From positions 5,898-69,897 of the forward strand of contig CAYUWC010000005.1 in NCBI GenBank assembly GCA_964448355.1: DNA of 64,000 bases, written 5' to 3'. The notes below the pieces were generated by a model, which made no database searches, was not told the origin of the DNA, and was given only the letters and a program-made list of their open reading frames with translations. Shown one piece after another: positions 20,215 to 30,253 of this stretch. The stretch is from an uncultured Oscillospiraceae bacterium (GTDB lineage: Bacteria; Bacillota; Clostridia; Oscillospirales; UBA644). The translations under genes were made by a program, and so were the position numbers. Within the stretch, counting starts at the first letter, position 1; each line of letters opens with the position of its first letter.

Positions 20215-22824
20215 ATGCAATTTATGGGTCTTAACGAGATACGAGAAAAATATCTCAGCTTTTTTGAATCCAAGGGACATTTGAGAATGGAATCATTCCC
20301 GCTTGTTCCTCAAAACGATAAAAGTATTCTTCTTATCAACGCCGGTATGACGCCGCTCAAGCCGTATTTTACCGGTCAACAAAAGCCGCCGAGAAATCGT
20401 GTGACCACTTGTCAAAAATGTATAAGAACGCCGGACATCGAGCGTGTCGGCAAAACATCTCGTCACGGAACGTTTTTCGAAATGCTCGGAAACTTTTCTT
20501 TCGGCGACTATTTCAAACACGAAGCGACCGCATGGGCGTGGGAATTTATAACACAAGTTATGAATCTTCCCGTTGATAAGCTTTACGTTACCGTTTACCA
20601 AGACGACGACGAGGCTTACGATATTTGGACAAAGGAGATCGGCGTGGACCCCTCTCACGTTTCACGTCTCGGCAAAGAAGACAATTTCTGGGAACACGGT
20701 TCGGGTCCCTGCGGTCCGTGCAGCGAAATATATTTTGATCGCGGAATCGAAAGAGGCTGCGGCAAACCCGATTGCAAGCCCGGCTGCGACTGCGACAGAT
20801 TTGTTGAATTTTGGAACCTTGTTTTTACGCAGTTCGACAATGACGGCAACGGCAACTACAGTCAGCTCGAAAAGAAGAATATCGACACCGGCATGGGTCT
20901 TGAACGTCTTGCGTGCATAATGCAGGGTGTTGATTCACTGTTTGATGTTGACACGATAAAAAACATAACCGCGCGTCTTTCCGAGATGTCGGATAAAAAA
21001 TACGGCGAATCAACGGCAACGGACGTTTCTCTGCGAGTTGTAACGGACCACATCAGAAGCACGACTTTCATGGTATGCGACGGTGTTCTTCCCTCGAACG
21101 AAGGCAGGGGCTACGTTCTTCGCAGACTTTTAAGAAGAGCAGCACGTCACGGAAAACTCCTCGGAATAAAAGACAGTCACTTTCTTTGCGAGCTTGTGGA
21201 TGTTGTTATAAGAGAAAGCGGAGACGCATATCCGGACCTTAAAGAAAAAGCAGACTATATAAAGAAAGTTATCGAAAACGAAGAAAACTCTTTTAACCAG
21301 ACGATAGACAGAGGTCTTTTGCTTCTTTCCGATATAACAAACAAGCTTATCGCCGAAGGCAAAACCGTTCTTTCCGGAGAAGACGCATTCCGTCTTTACG
21401 ACACATTCGGTTTCCCTCTCGATCTTACACTTGAGATCCTCGAAGAAAAAGGAATGACGGTGGACGAAGACGGATACAATGTTCTTATGAAACAACAGAA
21501 AGAAAAAGCAAGAGCCGCACGCGGCAACGACACCGCATGGAAAGGCGATGAAACGCTCGAAGGCATTGCAAAGACCGAATTTACCGGTTACACAACTCTT
21601 AAGCAGCAGGCGAACGTTCTTGCGTTGGTAATAAACGGCGAAAGAGTATCCGAAGCATTTAAAGGTGCCGATGTTCAGATAGTTCTCGATAAAACGTCGT
21701 TCTACGGCGAGAGCGGCGGTCAGGTCGGAGACAAAGGTGTTATAACAAGAGCGAAAACTGTTGTTAAAATAAACGATGTAAAACGTGTTAACGGCATTTT
21801 TGTACATTACGGCACGGTAGAAAGCGGAACTTTGACCGTCTCCGACGTTGTTACGGCAACTGTTGACAAAGAAAACAGAGAGAACATAATGCGTAACCAC
21901 AGCTCCGTTCATCTTCTTCAATCCGCACTCAGAGAGGTCCTCGGCACGCACGTTGCACAGGCAGGTTCTTATGTTGACGCAACGAGAGCGCGTTTTGACT
22001 TCTCGCATTTCGAAGCGATGACAGCAGAGCAGATAAGCAAAGTCGAGCAGATAGTAAACAGTCATATTTTCGAAGCTATCTCGGTTTCAACAAAAGAAAT
22101 GCCCGTCGAAGAAGCGAAAAAGACAGGTGCGCTCGCGCTTTTCGGTGAAAAATACGGTCAGACCGTCCGTGTTGTTAAAATGGGTAAAGTTTCAACGGAA
22201 CTTTGCGGCGGCACACACGTAAAAAATACGGGTATGCTCGGTTGCTTCAAGATCCTTTCCGAACAGGGCATTTCCGCAGGTGTAAGAAGAATAGAAGCTA
22301 TCACGGGTGTGAATGTTCTCAACTATATCGATGAGAAAAATTCCGTTATCGCAAAGACCGCACAGATATTCAAATGCAATGTCAACGATATTGCCCTGAA
22401 AGCCGAACAGAACGCGGCAGCTTTCAAGGCAGCCGAAAAGCAGATCGCCGAGCTTAACTCGAAGATCGCTCTCGGTGCGCTCGACGAGATCCTCGCAAAG
22501 GCGGAAAAGACAGATAAGTTTACGATAGTTAAAGGCATAATCGATGCAAAACCGGACGTACTCAGAGAAATGTGTGACAAAGTAAAGCAAAAGAACGAAA
22601 ATGCGATCGTACTGCTTGCTTCGTCGGACAAAGAGACAGGCAAAGTAAGTTTTGCCTGTGCGTGCGGAAAAGCTGCGGTAAATAACGGTGCTCATGCAGG
22701 CAACATCGTAAAGAAAGCGGCGGTCATTTGCGGCGGCGGTGGCGGCGGCAGACCCGACAGTGCAACAGCCGGCGGCAAAGATGCGTCCAAGATCGAGCAG
22801 GCGCTTGAAGAAGCTGTTAAATAA
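20215..22824 (+). CDS. alaS: Alanine--tRNA ligase
   Basis: TFFEMLGNFSFGDYFK, DTGMGLER, ELCGGTH and GGGGGRP motifs. Confidence 0.98.
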   Translation: MQFMGLNEIREKYLSFFESKGHLRMESFPLVPQNDKSILLINAGMTPLKPYFTGQQKPPRNRVTTCQKCIRTPDIERVGKTSRHGTFFEMLGNFSFGDYFKHEATAWAWEFITQVMNLPVDKLYVTVYQDDDEAYDIWTKEIGVDPSHVSRLGKEDNFWEHGSGPCGPCSEIYFDRGIERGCGKPDCKPGCDCDRFVEFWNLVFTQFDNDGNGNYSQLEKKNIDTGMGLERLACIMQGVDSLFDVDTIKNITARLSEMSDKKYGESTATDVSLRVVTDHIRSTTFMVCDGVLPSNEGRGYVLRRLLRRAARHGKLLGIKDSHFLCELVDVVIRESGDAYPDLKEKADYIKKVIENEENSFNQTIDRGLLLLSDITNKLIAEGKTVLSGEDAFRLYDTFGFPLDLTLEILEEKGMTVDEDGYNVLMKQQKEKARAARGNDTAWKGDETLEGIAKTEFTGYTTLKQQANVLALVINGERVSEAFKGADVQIVLDKTSFYGESGGQVGDKGVITRAKTVVKINDVKRVNGIFVHYGTVESGTLTVSDVVTATVDKENRENIMRNHSSVHLLQSALREVLGTHVAQAGSYVDATRARFDFSHFEAMTAEQISKVEQIVNSHIFEAISVSTKEMPVEEAKKTGALALFGEKYGQTVRVVKMGKVSTELCGGTHVKNTGMLGCFKILSEQGISAGVRRIEAITGVNVLNYIDEKNSVIAKTAQIFKCNVNDIALKAEQNAAAFKAAEKQIAELNSKIALGALDEILAKAEKTDKFTIVKGIIDAKPDVLREMCDKVKQKNENAIVLLASSDKETGKVSFACACGKAAVNNGAHAGNIVKKAAVICGGGGGGRPDSATAGGKDASKIEQALEEAVK

Positions 22825-22964
22825 AAGACGCGAAATAAAGAGTTTGCCTCGTTATTCGAGACGGTAGGCATTCAGCAGGCAACCGGATACCACTGCAGAA
22901 TATTTGTATGGACCCGCTGTTTAAAAGGCAGGAATATCTTGCCTAAATTATTGTTAACAATAAA

Positions 22965-23004
22965 TTTCTGTGACTGTTATCTTTCGGGATAGCGGTCACA
23001 GAAA
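22965..23004. terminator. Long hairpin downstream of alaS
   Basis: tttctgtgactgttatc / gatagcggtcacagaaa. Confidence 0.55.
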
Positions 23005-23087
23005 CAAAATATGATCGAACGCAGTTTTGCTTTGAGAGCAAAGCAGCTGTGTTAAACAAATAAAACAGAAAGGACGAATTTCACTCT

Positions 23088-23438
23088 ATGAAAAAAGAAG
23101 ATTGCCTTTTTTGCAAAATAGCGGCAGGAGAAATACCTTCGACAAAAGTTTACGAAGACGATAAAGTCCTTGCGTTTAAAGATATAGCTCCGCAAGCGCC
23201 GGTACACATCGTGTTCATTCCCAAAGAACACATACTTTCTTCCGCAGACGAAATAAACGAAGACAATGCGGAGATCATCTCACATATATTCGTTGCCATA
23301 GCAAAGACGGCAAAGCAGCTCGGCCTTACTAACGGCTACAGAATAATCAACAATTGCGGACAAGACGGTGCGCAATCCGTCAAACATATACATTTCCATC
23401 TTCTTGGTGGAGAAAAATTATCCGAAAGGATCGTTTAA
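23088..23438 (+). CDS. Histidine triad (HINT) nucleotide-binding protein
   Basis: CLFCKI, DIAPQAPVH and HIHFHLL motifs. Confidence 0.93.
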   Translation: MKKEDCLFCKIAAGEIPSTKVYEDDKVLAFKDIAPQAPVHIVFIPKEHILSSADEINEDNAEIISHIFVAIAKTAKQLGLTNGYRIINNCGQDGAQSVKHIHFHLLGGEKLSERIV

Positions 23439-23440
23439 AA

Positions 23441-24187
23441 ATGTCAAATACACCCGAAACAGGCAATGAAAACAACGTTCCGCAGCTTAAGCCGAACGAA
23501 AACAAACAAATCATAAGAAAAGTCGGAGACACGGAATACGAACGTTATGCGATAAAAACGCGATTCGTCAATATCGGAGACGATTATATAGAAGTAGTTA
23601 AAGAATATGCTCTTCCGCACGTTCAAGAAGGAGATTTTATATCCATCAGCGAAAAAATAATCGCTCTTTGTCAAAAACGTATCGTTTATCGTAAAGACAT
23701 ACACCCCGGATTTTGGGCAAAACTGCTTTGTCGGTTCGTGCACGTAACGCCTGCAGGTCCCGGCGCCGGAACGCCGCATAAAATGCAGCTGATAATAATG
23801 CTTTGCGGTCTGCCGCGAGTACTGTTTGCGACCGCGTGCTCGGCGGTGACAAAGCTTTTCGGTATAAAAGGTGTATTTTATCAAGTCTGCGGACACGAAG
23901 TCGACGGTATAGACGGGCTTATAGATTACGATATTTCTTATAAAGAATATGTTAACTACGGCATTCTCAATCCCGTCGACCCATCGGGCGTTTGTAACGA
24001 AATATACGAGAAACTCGGCATTAAGTGCATGATCGTGGACGCTTGCGATATTTCCGTAAAACTTCTCGGCAAATGCGATGCTCTCGATATAGACACCTCT
24101 GAACTTGAAGATATCGTTCGAGACAATCCGGCAGGTCAAGACGATCAATGCACACCGATAATTCTTGTACGAAAACACAATAATTAA
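23441..24187 (+). CDS. CofE-like (F420-0:gamma-glutamyl ligase family) protein
   Basis: IKTR...GD, ISEKIIA, GIDG, IVD and DNPAGQ..QCTPI motifs; ATG at 23441. Confidence 0.72.
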   Translation: MSNTPETGNENNVPQLKPNENKQIIRKVGDTEYERYAIKTRFVNIGDDYIEVVKEYALPHVQEGDFISISEKIIALCQKRIVYRKDIHPGFWAKLLCRFVHVTPAGPGAGTPHKMQLIIMLCGLPRVLFATACSAVTKLFGIKGVFYQVCGHEVDGIDGLIDYDISYKEYVNYGILNPVDPSGVCNEIYEKLGIKCMIVDACDISVKLLGKCDALDIDTSELEDIVRDNPAGQDDQCTPIILVRKHNN

Positions 24188-24215
24188 CACACACTTTTTC
24201 CAACGGAGGATCCAG

Positions 24216-27200
24216 ATGAACAAAAAAAGTTTAACCCTGCTTTTTTTGACCGTGATCTTTTTGCTGTTTACAGCTACCGCCTGCGATTTTTTCAACACAA
24301 CGGTAGCTGTTTCGTCTATTCGATTTCTGAACACGGAACACATGTTTTCGGAGCTTGGCCAAACATTTCAATTAGCGGCAGTAATCGAACCGAACGAAGC
24401 AACAAACAGGAACCTTTTGTGGTCGTCTTCCGATGATAAGGTCGCCGCCGTAACACAGTACGGTCTTGTAACGGCTTGTAACGACGGAGAAGCATACATT
24501 TACGCACGTTCCGAGGACGGAGCGTTTGCGTCGTGTAAGATCATCGTTAAGACATATATTGATGTAACAGGCATAGAGATCACGCAACAAACACACGAAT
24601 TTTTGGCTTTCGGAGAAACCTTAAATCTTTTATGCACCGTTTTCCCCGAAAATGCCACCGAACCCGACGTTTTGTGGTCGTCGTCAAACCCGTCGATAGC
24701 GACTGTTGACAGCAACGGTATCGTATCGTCCGTATCGAACGGAACGACCGTGATAACGGCGCGCACGATCCACGGGGATTTTCAGGCGACCTGCGCGATA
24801 ACGGTAAATGTTGATACAAATATACCCATGACGGACGTTAATTTCGACGTTTCGCAATATACGTTTACAACATTCGGCGAAAATATCGTTCTCACCCCTG
24901 TCTGGGAGCCGGCGGATACGACAGAGCGCGGACTTACATGGATAACATCCGACCGTTCCGTTGCGACAGTTGACGGTTCCACGGGTGTTGTAACGCCTGT
25001 CGGGAACGGAGAGGCTACGATATACGCCGTTGCCGATAACAGAAAAAAACAGGCGATATGCAAAATAACGGTCGATGTTGATATCCCAGTTGAGCAAGTA
25101 GAGCTTGACGCAAGCTCCGTGCTTTTTGAAAAAAAGGGAGAAACACACACGATAACGTATGCTATCTCTCCCAAAACGGCGACGAACAAGGCCGTGGTGT
25201 TTAATTCAACAGATCCGAGCGTTGCGACCGTTGACCAAAACGGTGTAATAACGGCAGTATCAAACGGTACGGCAAAGATCATCGTAACGGCAGTAAACGG
25301 AGAAGCGAGCGCGGAGTTCGATGTAACGGTAAACATTCCGCAAAACGTTGCGGTAACGGGAATATCGATATCTCCGAGCAGTTACACGTTCGCAAAGCTC
25401 GGCGATTCGCTGACATTGTCATGGACAGTTTTGCCGACAACGGCGGCAAACAAGAACGTAACGTTCGAATCGTCGGCTCCGAATATAGTTTCCGTTGACT
25501 CAAACGGAAAAATGACGGCGTTGGCAGAAGGAACGGCGACGATAACCGTCAAAACAGAGGACGACGGCTATAAGGCCACGTTTGCGGCGACCGTAGCAAG
25601 CCAAAAATCGGATCTGAGCGACACGACAATAACAATAGGTGCCGCCTCGGACGACCTTAAGGGGCTTTGGGTCGCAACGGTATCGAACATAGATTTTCCG
25701 TCACAACCGGGGCTTTCCGCAGACCAACTCAGGGCGGAAATAGACGAAATAGTCAACAATGCGAGCGAGTGGGGCTTCAACGCGATATTTTTGCAAGTAC
25801 GTCCGAAGAGCGACGCCATATACAATTCCGCGATCTTCCCCTCTTCGGATTGCATTGTAACAAATCAGGGCGATCCGCTGCCGCTCGACTGCCTTGAGTA
25901 CTTTATAACGGCGGCTCATGCAAAAGGCATAGAGCTGCACGCATGGATAAATCCGTATCGGGTTTTGCAAAGCGGCACGGGTGGGCACAATCTCGATCTT
26001 TTGGCTGATACAAACCCCGCAAAACTGCACCCCGAATGGGTCGTTAAACACAGTGACGGTGCGACGTACTACAATCCCGGTATTCCCGAAGTTCGAGAAC
26101 TCATTATCGACGGAATCCTTGAGATCGTAAACAACTACAATATCGACGGCATTCATTTTGACGACTATTTTTATCCGTACGACAATTCTTCCTCGTTCGA
26201 CGATGCGGAAGAATATGAAAAATACAAATCGGAAGGTCAGTCGCTTGCGGATTGGAGACGAGAAAACAACGATCTTCTTGTTAAACAAACAGCCGAGGCG
26301 ATAAAGAGCGTGAACCCCAATGTGGCGTTCGGAATAAGTCCGAGCGGTGTTTGGGCGTTAAAGAGCAACAATTCGCTCGGAACGGATATAAAAAGCTCGT
26401 CCGAATCGTATTATCAAGTATATGCGGACACGAGAAAATGGGTTTTGAACGAATGGATCGACTATATCTGTCCTCAGGTATATTGGGAGATAGATCATTC
26501 GACCGCACCTTTTAAACCTATCGTAGACTGGTGGAACGATATCGTATCGGGAACGGATGTTAAACTGTATATAGGCATTGCCGCATATAAGGGTTCGTCC
26601 GTGACGGCATATAAATCGCCTGCCGAGATACAGAATCAGCTCACATACCTAAAAACGAAAGAATATGTCGCAGGCGCTGCCTTTTTCTCTTACAGAGATG
26701 TTAAGAAAAATGTCGGCGGCGTTCAGGACACTGCGAAAACATTCTTCTTGAACTCGGACGATGCGAATATCGCGGCGACAGACACTCTTGTTTTGGCGTA
26801 TTCCAAGCTTACGGTCGAAAACACCACGACACAGACCTTCATTATGGGCGTTTCCGACCCCGATTATCCGCTTATAATCGACGGTGAAGAAGTAACCACA
26901 CGTTCGCCCAAAGGCTATTTTACGTACAGAGTTGATGTCCCGAATGTCGGGGAGAATTACTATACCATCGAACATAAGGGTACGACCGTAAAATATCTTA
27001 TAACTCGAAGCAAGGCGTACGAGGAAGAGACAACTATGTCGTCTTTCGGCTTCGTATCCGGCACTTGCGCTCCCGTATACGACCGTGCGGAAAAATCGGG
27101 GACGAAGATAGGTTTTTCGTGTTCGGCAACGGCAGGCTCAAAAGTATACGTCATTATCGGGGATTACACCGTTGATCTCAAAAGCTCCACCGCCGATTCA

Positions 27201-28466
27201 ACAGACGGTTCGATTAAACGTGCGTGGTACGAGGGCAGTTTTGTACTTCCCGAAATAAGCGGAAACGCCGTTCTCGGCAACCCGATATTCGTAATCGAAA
27301 AAGACGGATACGAAACGGTACGATATGTCGGAAAAAACACGATCGAAGTAATAAACGATCCCGATTCGTACGTTGTTGAATTTGTCGGAGATTTTCCCGC
27401 TCAGCTCAAGCCCGACCTGAGCGTTACCGGCGAAGAATATCTTTACGCAACGACCGGTGCATACGACACCGTCGTTTCAAAATATAACGGCAACACACTT
27501 CTCTCAAGCGGTTATTATACCGTAAATTCAAACATTCAACGTATCGACGGAACTCTTTCGTACTCGGCGACGGGTAAAATAAGCGTTACTCAAAGCAGTG
27601 ACGGGAAATATACGAACATCGTTATCCCGACCGACGGCAAGATTATGAACACCGTTTGGATGGATGATGACAAGGCGTATATAACCCTATACAACCTCTC
27701 CGCGCTCCCTGCGGAATTTACGCTGCCCGACAATCCTTTGTTCAAAGAAGCGTCGGTATCGAGAGTTGACGCGACCACGGCAAAAATAACGTTAAAATAC
27801 AAAAAAGAGCTATTCATTTTTGGATATTCGGCTTATTTTGAAAGCGGTGCGCTCGTAATAGGCTTTAAGAATCCCGTCTCGCTTTACGACAGCGACGATT
27901 ACCCGTTGTTCGGAATAAAAATATCGGTAGATCCCGGTCACAGTTTGAACGGCGGTGCGCTCGGTCCGTGGGGCACCGTAAAATGGACGGAAGCAGACTG
28001 GAATTACGAGCTTTCGACGCTTGTTGAAGAAAAGCTGATCAAGCTCGGCGCCACTGTATATTTAACACATCATCGAGAGCTTGAAAAAGATCTTGATCCG
28101 ATAATCCTTGAATATCGAGCATGGAAACCGGACATAAACATTTCGATACACTTCAATTACGTCGGTGAAACATCGAATCCTTTAAGCAGCAGCGGTACGG
28201 TAACGTACTATTCGTACGCAAGCTCCAAGCTTCTTTCAAAAGTGATGCTCGAAGAATTTACCGAAGGCACGGGATTGAAGAAAAATTCGTATAAAATAGG
28301 ATATTACAAAGTATCGATGTTCCCGGATTTCCCGTCGATCCTTTTCGAAACGGCATTTTTAAGCAATATTTACGACTACGAATGGTTTACCGACGAGGAA
28401 AATATGGAAAAGGCGGCAGACGCCATCGTTGCGGGAATCGTTGAATATTTCAGACAGCAAAGTTAA
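24216..28466 (+). CDS. Lipoprotein: five Big_2 Ig-like domains + GHL10 glycoside hydrolase + C-terminal Amidase_3
   Basis: Lipobox-like TATAC; five (W/F)xS(S/T)xxxVA(T)V repeats; WVATVSNIDFPS, LHAWINPY and GIHFDDYFYP; VDPGH, EADWN, SIHFN and LFETAF. Confidence 0.88.
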   Translation: MNKKSLTLLFLTVIFLLFTATACDFFNTTVAVSSIRFLNTEHMFSELGQTFQLAAVIEPNEATNRNLLWSSSDDKVAAVTQYGLVTACNDGEAYIYARSEDGAFASCKIIVKTYIDVTGIEITQQTHEFLAFGETLNLLCTVFPENATEPDVLWSSSNPSIATVDSNGIVSSVSNGTTVITARTIHGDFQATCAITVNVDTNIPMTDVNFDVSQYTFTTFGENIVLTPVWEPADTTERGLTWITSDRSVATVDGSTGVVTPVGNGEATIYAVADNRKKQAICKITVDVDIPVEQVELDASSVLFEKKGETHTITYAISPKTATNKAVVFNSTDPSVATVDQNGVITAVSNGTAKIIVTAVNGEASAEFDVTVNIPQNVAVTGISISPSSYTFAKLGDSLTLSWTVLPTTAANKNVTFESSAPNIVSVDSNGKMTALAEGTATITVKTEDDGYKATFAATVASQKSDLSDTTITIGAASDDLKGLWVATVSNIDFPSQPGLSADQLRAEIDEIVNNASEWGFNAIFLQVRPKSDAIYNSAIFPSSDCIVTNQGDPLPLDCLEYFITAAHAKGIELHAWINPYRVLQSGTGGHNLDLLADTNPAKLHPEWVVKHSDGATYYNPGIPEVRELIIDGILEIVNNYNIDGIHFDDYFYPYDNSSSFDDAEEYEKYKSEGQSLADWRRENNDLLVKQTAEAIKSVNPNVAFGISPSGVWALKSNNSLGTDIKSSSESYYQVYADTRKWVLNEWIDYICPQVYWEIDHSTAPFKPIVDWWNDIVSGTDVKLYIGIAAYKGSSVTAYKSPAEIQNQLTYLKTKEYVAGAAFFSYRDVKKNVGGVQDTAKTFFLNSDDANIAATDTLVLAYSKLTVENTTTQTFIMGVSDPDYPLIIDGEEVTTRSPKGYFTYRVDVPNVGENYYTIEHKGTTVKYLITRSKAYEEETTMSSFGFVSGTCAPVYDRAEKSGTKIGFSCSATAGSKVYVIIGDYTVDLKSSTADSTDGSIKRAWYEGSFVLPEISGNAVLGNPIFVIEKDGYETVRYVGKNTIEVINDPDSYVVEFVGDFPAQLKPDLSVTGEEYLYATTGAYDTVVSKYNGNTLLSSGYYTVNSNIQRIDGTLSYSATGKISVTQSSDGKYTNIVIPTDGKIMNTVWMDDDKAYITLYNLSALPAEFTLPDNPLFKEASVSRVDATTAKITLKYKKELFIFGYSAYFESGALVIGFKNPVSLYDSDDYPLFGIKISVDPGHSLNGGALGPWGTVKWTEADWNYELSTLVEEKLIKLGATVYLTHHRELEKDLDPIILEYRAWKPDINISIHFNYVGETSNPLSSSGTVTYYSYASSKLLSKVMLEEFTEGTGLKKNSYKIGYYKVSMFPDFPSILFETAFLSNIYDYEWFTDEENMEKAADAIVAGIVEYFRQQS

Positions 28467-28582
28467 ATTAAAAGTATCCAAAGGAGATTTATTTCTCTTT
28501 TGGATATTTTTGTATAACACCACGGCGCTTTTCCGCTGCAACGAACATGACCGGGACCGCAAAAAAGAACGATCTATTTTGT

Positions 28583-28611
28583 TCACACGCCGAAAAGATT
28601 GTCATATAATG
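28583..28611 (+). promoter_or_regulatory. Possible sigK/sigE mother-cell promoter
   Basis: cac...CATATAAT upstream of the small Cys-rich ORF. Confidence 0.35.
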
Positions 28612-28692
28612 TTAGTGTGACGAACAAAAAGTCACGGACGGATAAGACAACGACGTTGAAAGAACATTAAGATCACTCAAGGAGGTAACACG

Positions 28693-28815
28693 ATGTACGG
28701 AAACAACATTTTCTGGACTCTTCTTATTGCTGCGGTAATAGTTTACAGTGTAACGGTTGCAACAAGCAATAATTGCGGAGACAACAATAACTGCGGTTGC
28801 GGCTGCGGCTGCTGA
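28693..28815 (+). CDS. 40-aa hydrophobic peptide with a Cys/Gly/Asn-rich tail, probably spore-associated
   Basis: AAGGAGGT RBS; MYGNNIFWTLLIAAVIVYSVTVATSNNCGDNNNCGCGCGC*; followed by a terminator; too short for the ORF track. Confidence 0.8.
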   Translation: MYGNNIFWTLLIAAVIVYSVTVATSNNCGDNNNCGCGCGC

Positions 28816-28826
28816 TCGAATAAGTC

Positions 28827-28860
28827 AAGGGCTGTAAAAACATAAGTTTTTACAGCCCTT
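28827..28860. terminator. Bidirectional terminator
   Basis: Perfect inverted repeat aagggctgtaaaaac-ataa-gtttttacagccctt between convergent genes. Confidence 0.8.
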
Positions 28861-30176
28861 TATTTGGGCATTTTAGTTATTCTGTTTCGTTTTTTGCTTT
28901 GATCTCGCTTCATTTTTTTTCTGTTCATAATATAAAGAACGACAGAATAAAAAATTATGACCATGATAACCGTTATGATCGCCGCCCAAACATATTTGTT
29001 GGCAAACAATTCGTTAATGGCACTTGAGTACGAAGCTATAAGATCGCGTGAAATTTCCGTTTGCGCGATGAGATTCGTCGTTCCGTAAACACGCCCTTCA
29101 AACGAATATGTGACCGTGCCGAGCACCGTGCCTTTAACGATCGGAGCTTCTATGCTATCAGGCACGACAAGATCGGTTTGTATGCTGCTGTCGGGAACGG
29201 AAGACGGCATAGAGGCGGACACGGTCGTTTCCGCAACGAGCATGACAGTATCTCGTTCTTTTCCGAAAATTACGGGGATCTCAAGCACCGGCGCATTTTT
29301 TTGAACAAGGACACGATATGAATACTCTTCAAGCGAAAAGCTTACCATATCCGTCAATTCCGCATAAAGCTCGGCTGCGCTTTCGTAGTTTAACGCAAAG
29401 CAGATTATACGCATCGTTTTATCGATAGCGACGGAAACAAGCGCAAAGCCGGTCGTTGTATTGCCCGAAATGGCAAGCCCCGACGCTTTTTTGCAATAGT
29501 ACGAACTGTTTTTATCGATAAGCGAATTTCTCGTAAAAAGGCTCTGTTTTACGCCGTTGACGGTTATCTCGACATATCTGTTGTTTGAAATATCCTCGAT
29601 ATAATCAAGCGTCAAAGCGTGCGATGCGATCTTAACGATATCGTGCGCGGTTGTCAATTGCTTTGTCGTGGATGAATATTGACCGGTAACATTTGTAAAA
29701 AAAGTATTTTCGGCTCCCAACTCACGCACTCTCAGGTTCATATCGACAACAAATTCCGAAACACTTCCCGCAAGTGTGACAGCAACGGCGATACATGCTT
29801 CCTGCGAATTTGCAACGATAATGCATTTCAGCAGATCGTAAAGTGATATTTTATCGCCCGATCTGAGATCTGCCGAGCTTTTGTCGTGAGTGGTCGCCAT
29901 CATTTCTTTGGTTATGAGTATTTCCGTTTTCAGGTCGAGACCGCTCTCGACGAGCATTATGCACGTCATAAGGCGCGGCAAAAACGCAACGAAGATCGGA
30001 GTATCGGCATTTTTGGAATACAACTCGGTGCCCGTATCCGCATTGACGATCGCGGCAAACGGAGAAGATACGGAAAACTGCTCTTCCTGCGTGTCTGTCT
30101 CATCGCAAAAGACACGCAACGGAAAAATACAGACCGTTAAAAAAATTATAAGTATAACAGAAATAAATCTCTTCAT
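28860..30176 (-). CDS. D-Ala-D-Ala carboxypeptidase (S11 + PBP5_C) homolog with degenerate catalytic motifs
   Basis: Signal peptide, LYSKNAD, TTAHDI, EAPIVKGTVLG and a C-terminal TM; SxxK, SxN and KTG are absent. Confidence 0.82.
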   Translation of the reverse strand: MKRFISVILIIFLTVCIFPLRVFCDETDTQEEQFSVSSPFAAIVNADTGTELYSKNADTPIFVAFLPRLMTCIMLVESGLDLKTEILITKEMMATTHDKSSADLRSGDKISLYDLLKCIIVANSQEACIAVAVTLAGSVSEFVVDMNLRVRELGAENTFFTNVTGQYSSTTKQLTTAHDIVKIASHALTLDYIEDISNNRYVEITVNGVKQSLFTRNSLIDKNSSYYCKKASGLAISGNTTTGFALVSVAIDKTMRIICFALNYESAAELYAELTDMVSFSLEEYSYRVLVQKNAPVLEIPVIFGKERDTVMLVAETTVSASMPSSVPDSSIQTDLVVPDSIEAPIVKGTVLGTVTYSFEGRVYGTTNLIAQTEISRDLIASYSSAINELFANKYVWAAIITVIMVIIFYSVVLYIMNRKKMKRDQSKKRNRITKMPK

Positions 30177-30253
30177 GTTTTAATATATCTGGATTATTTT
30201 ATTCATTGATATATTATAACACGTCAAGATGTATTTTGTCAACAAAAAAACTG

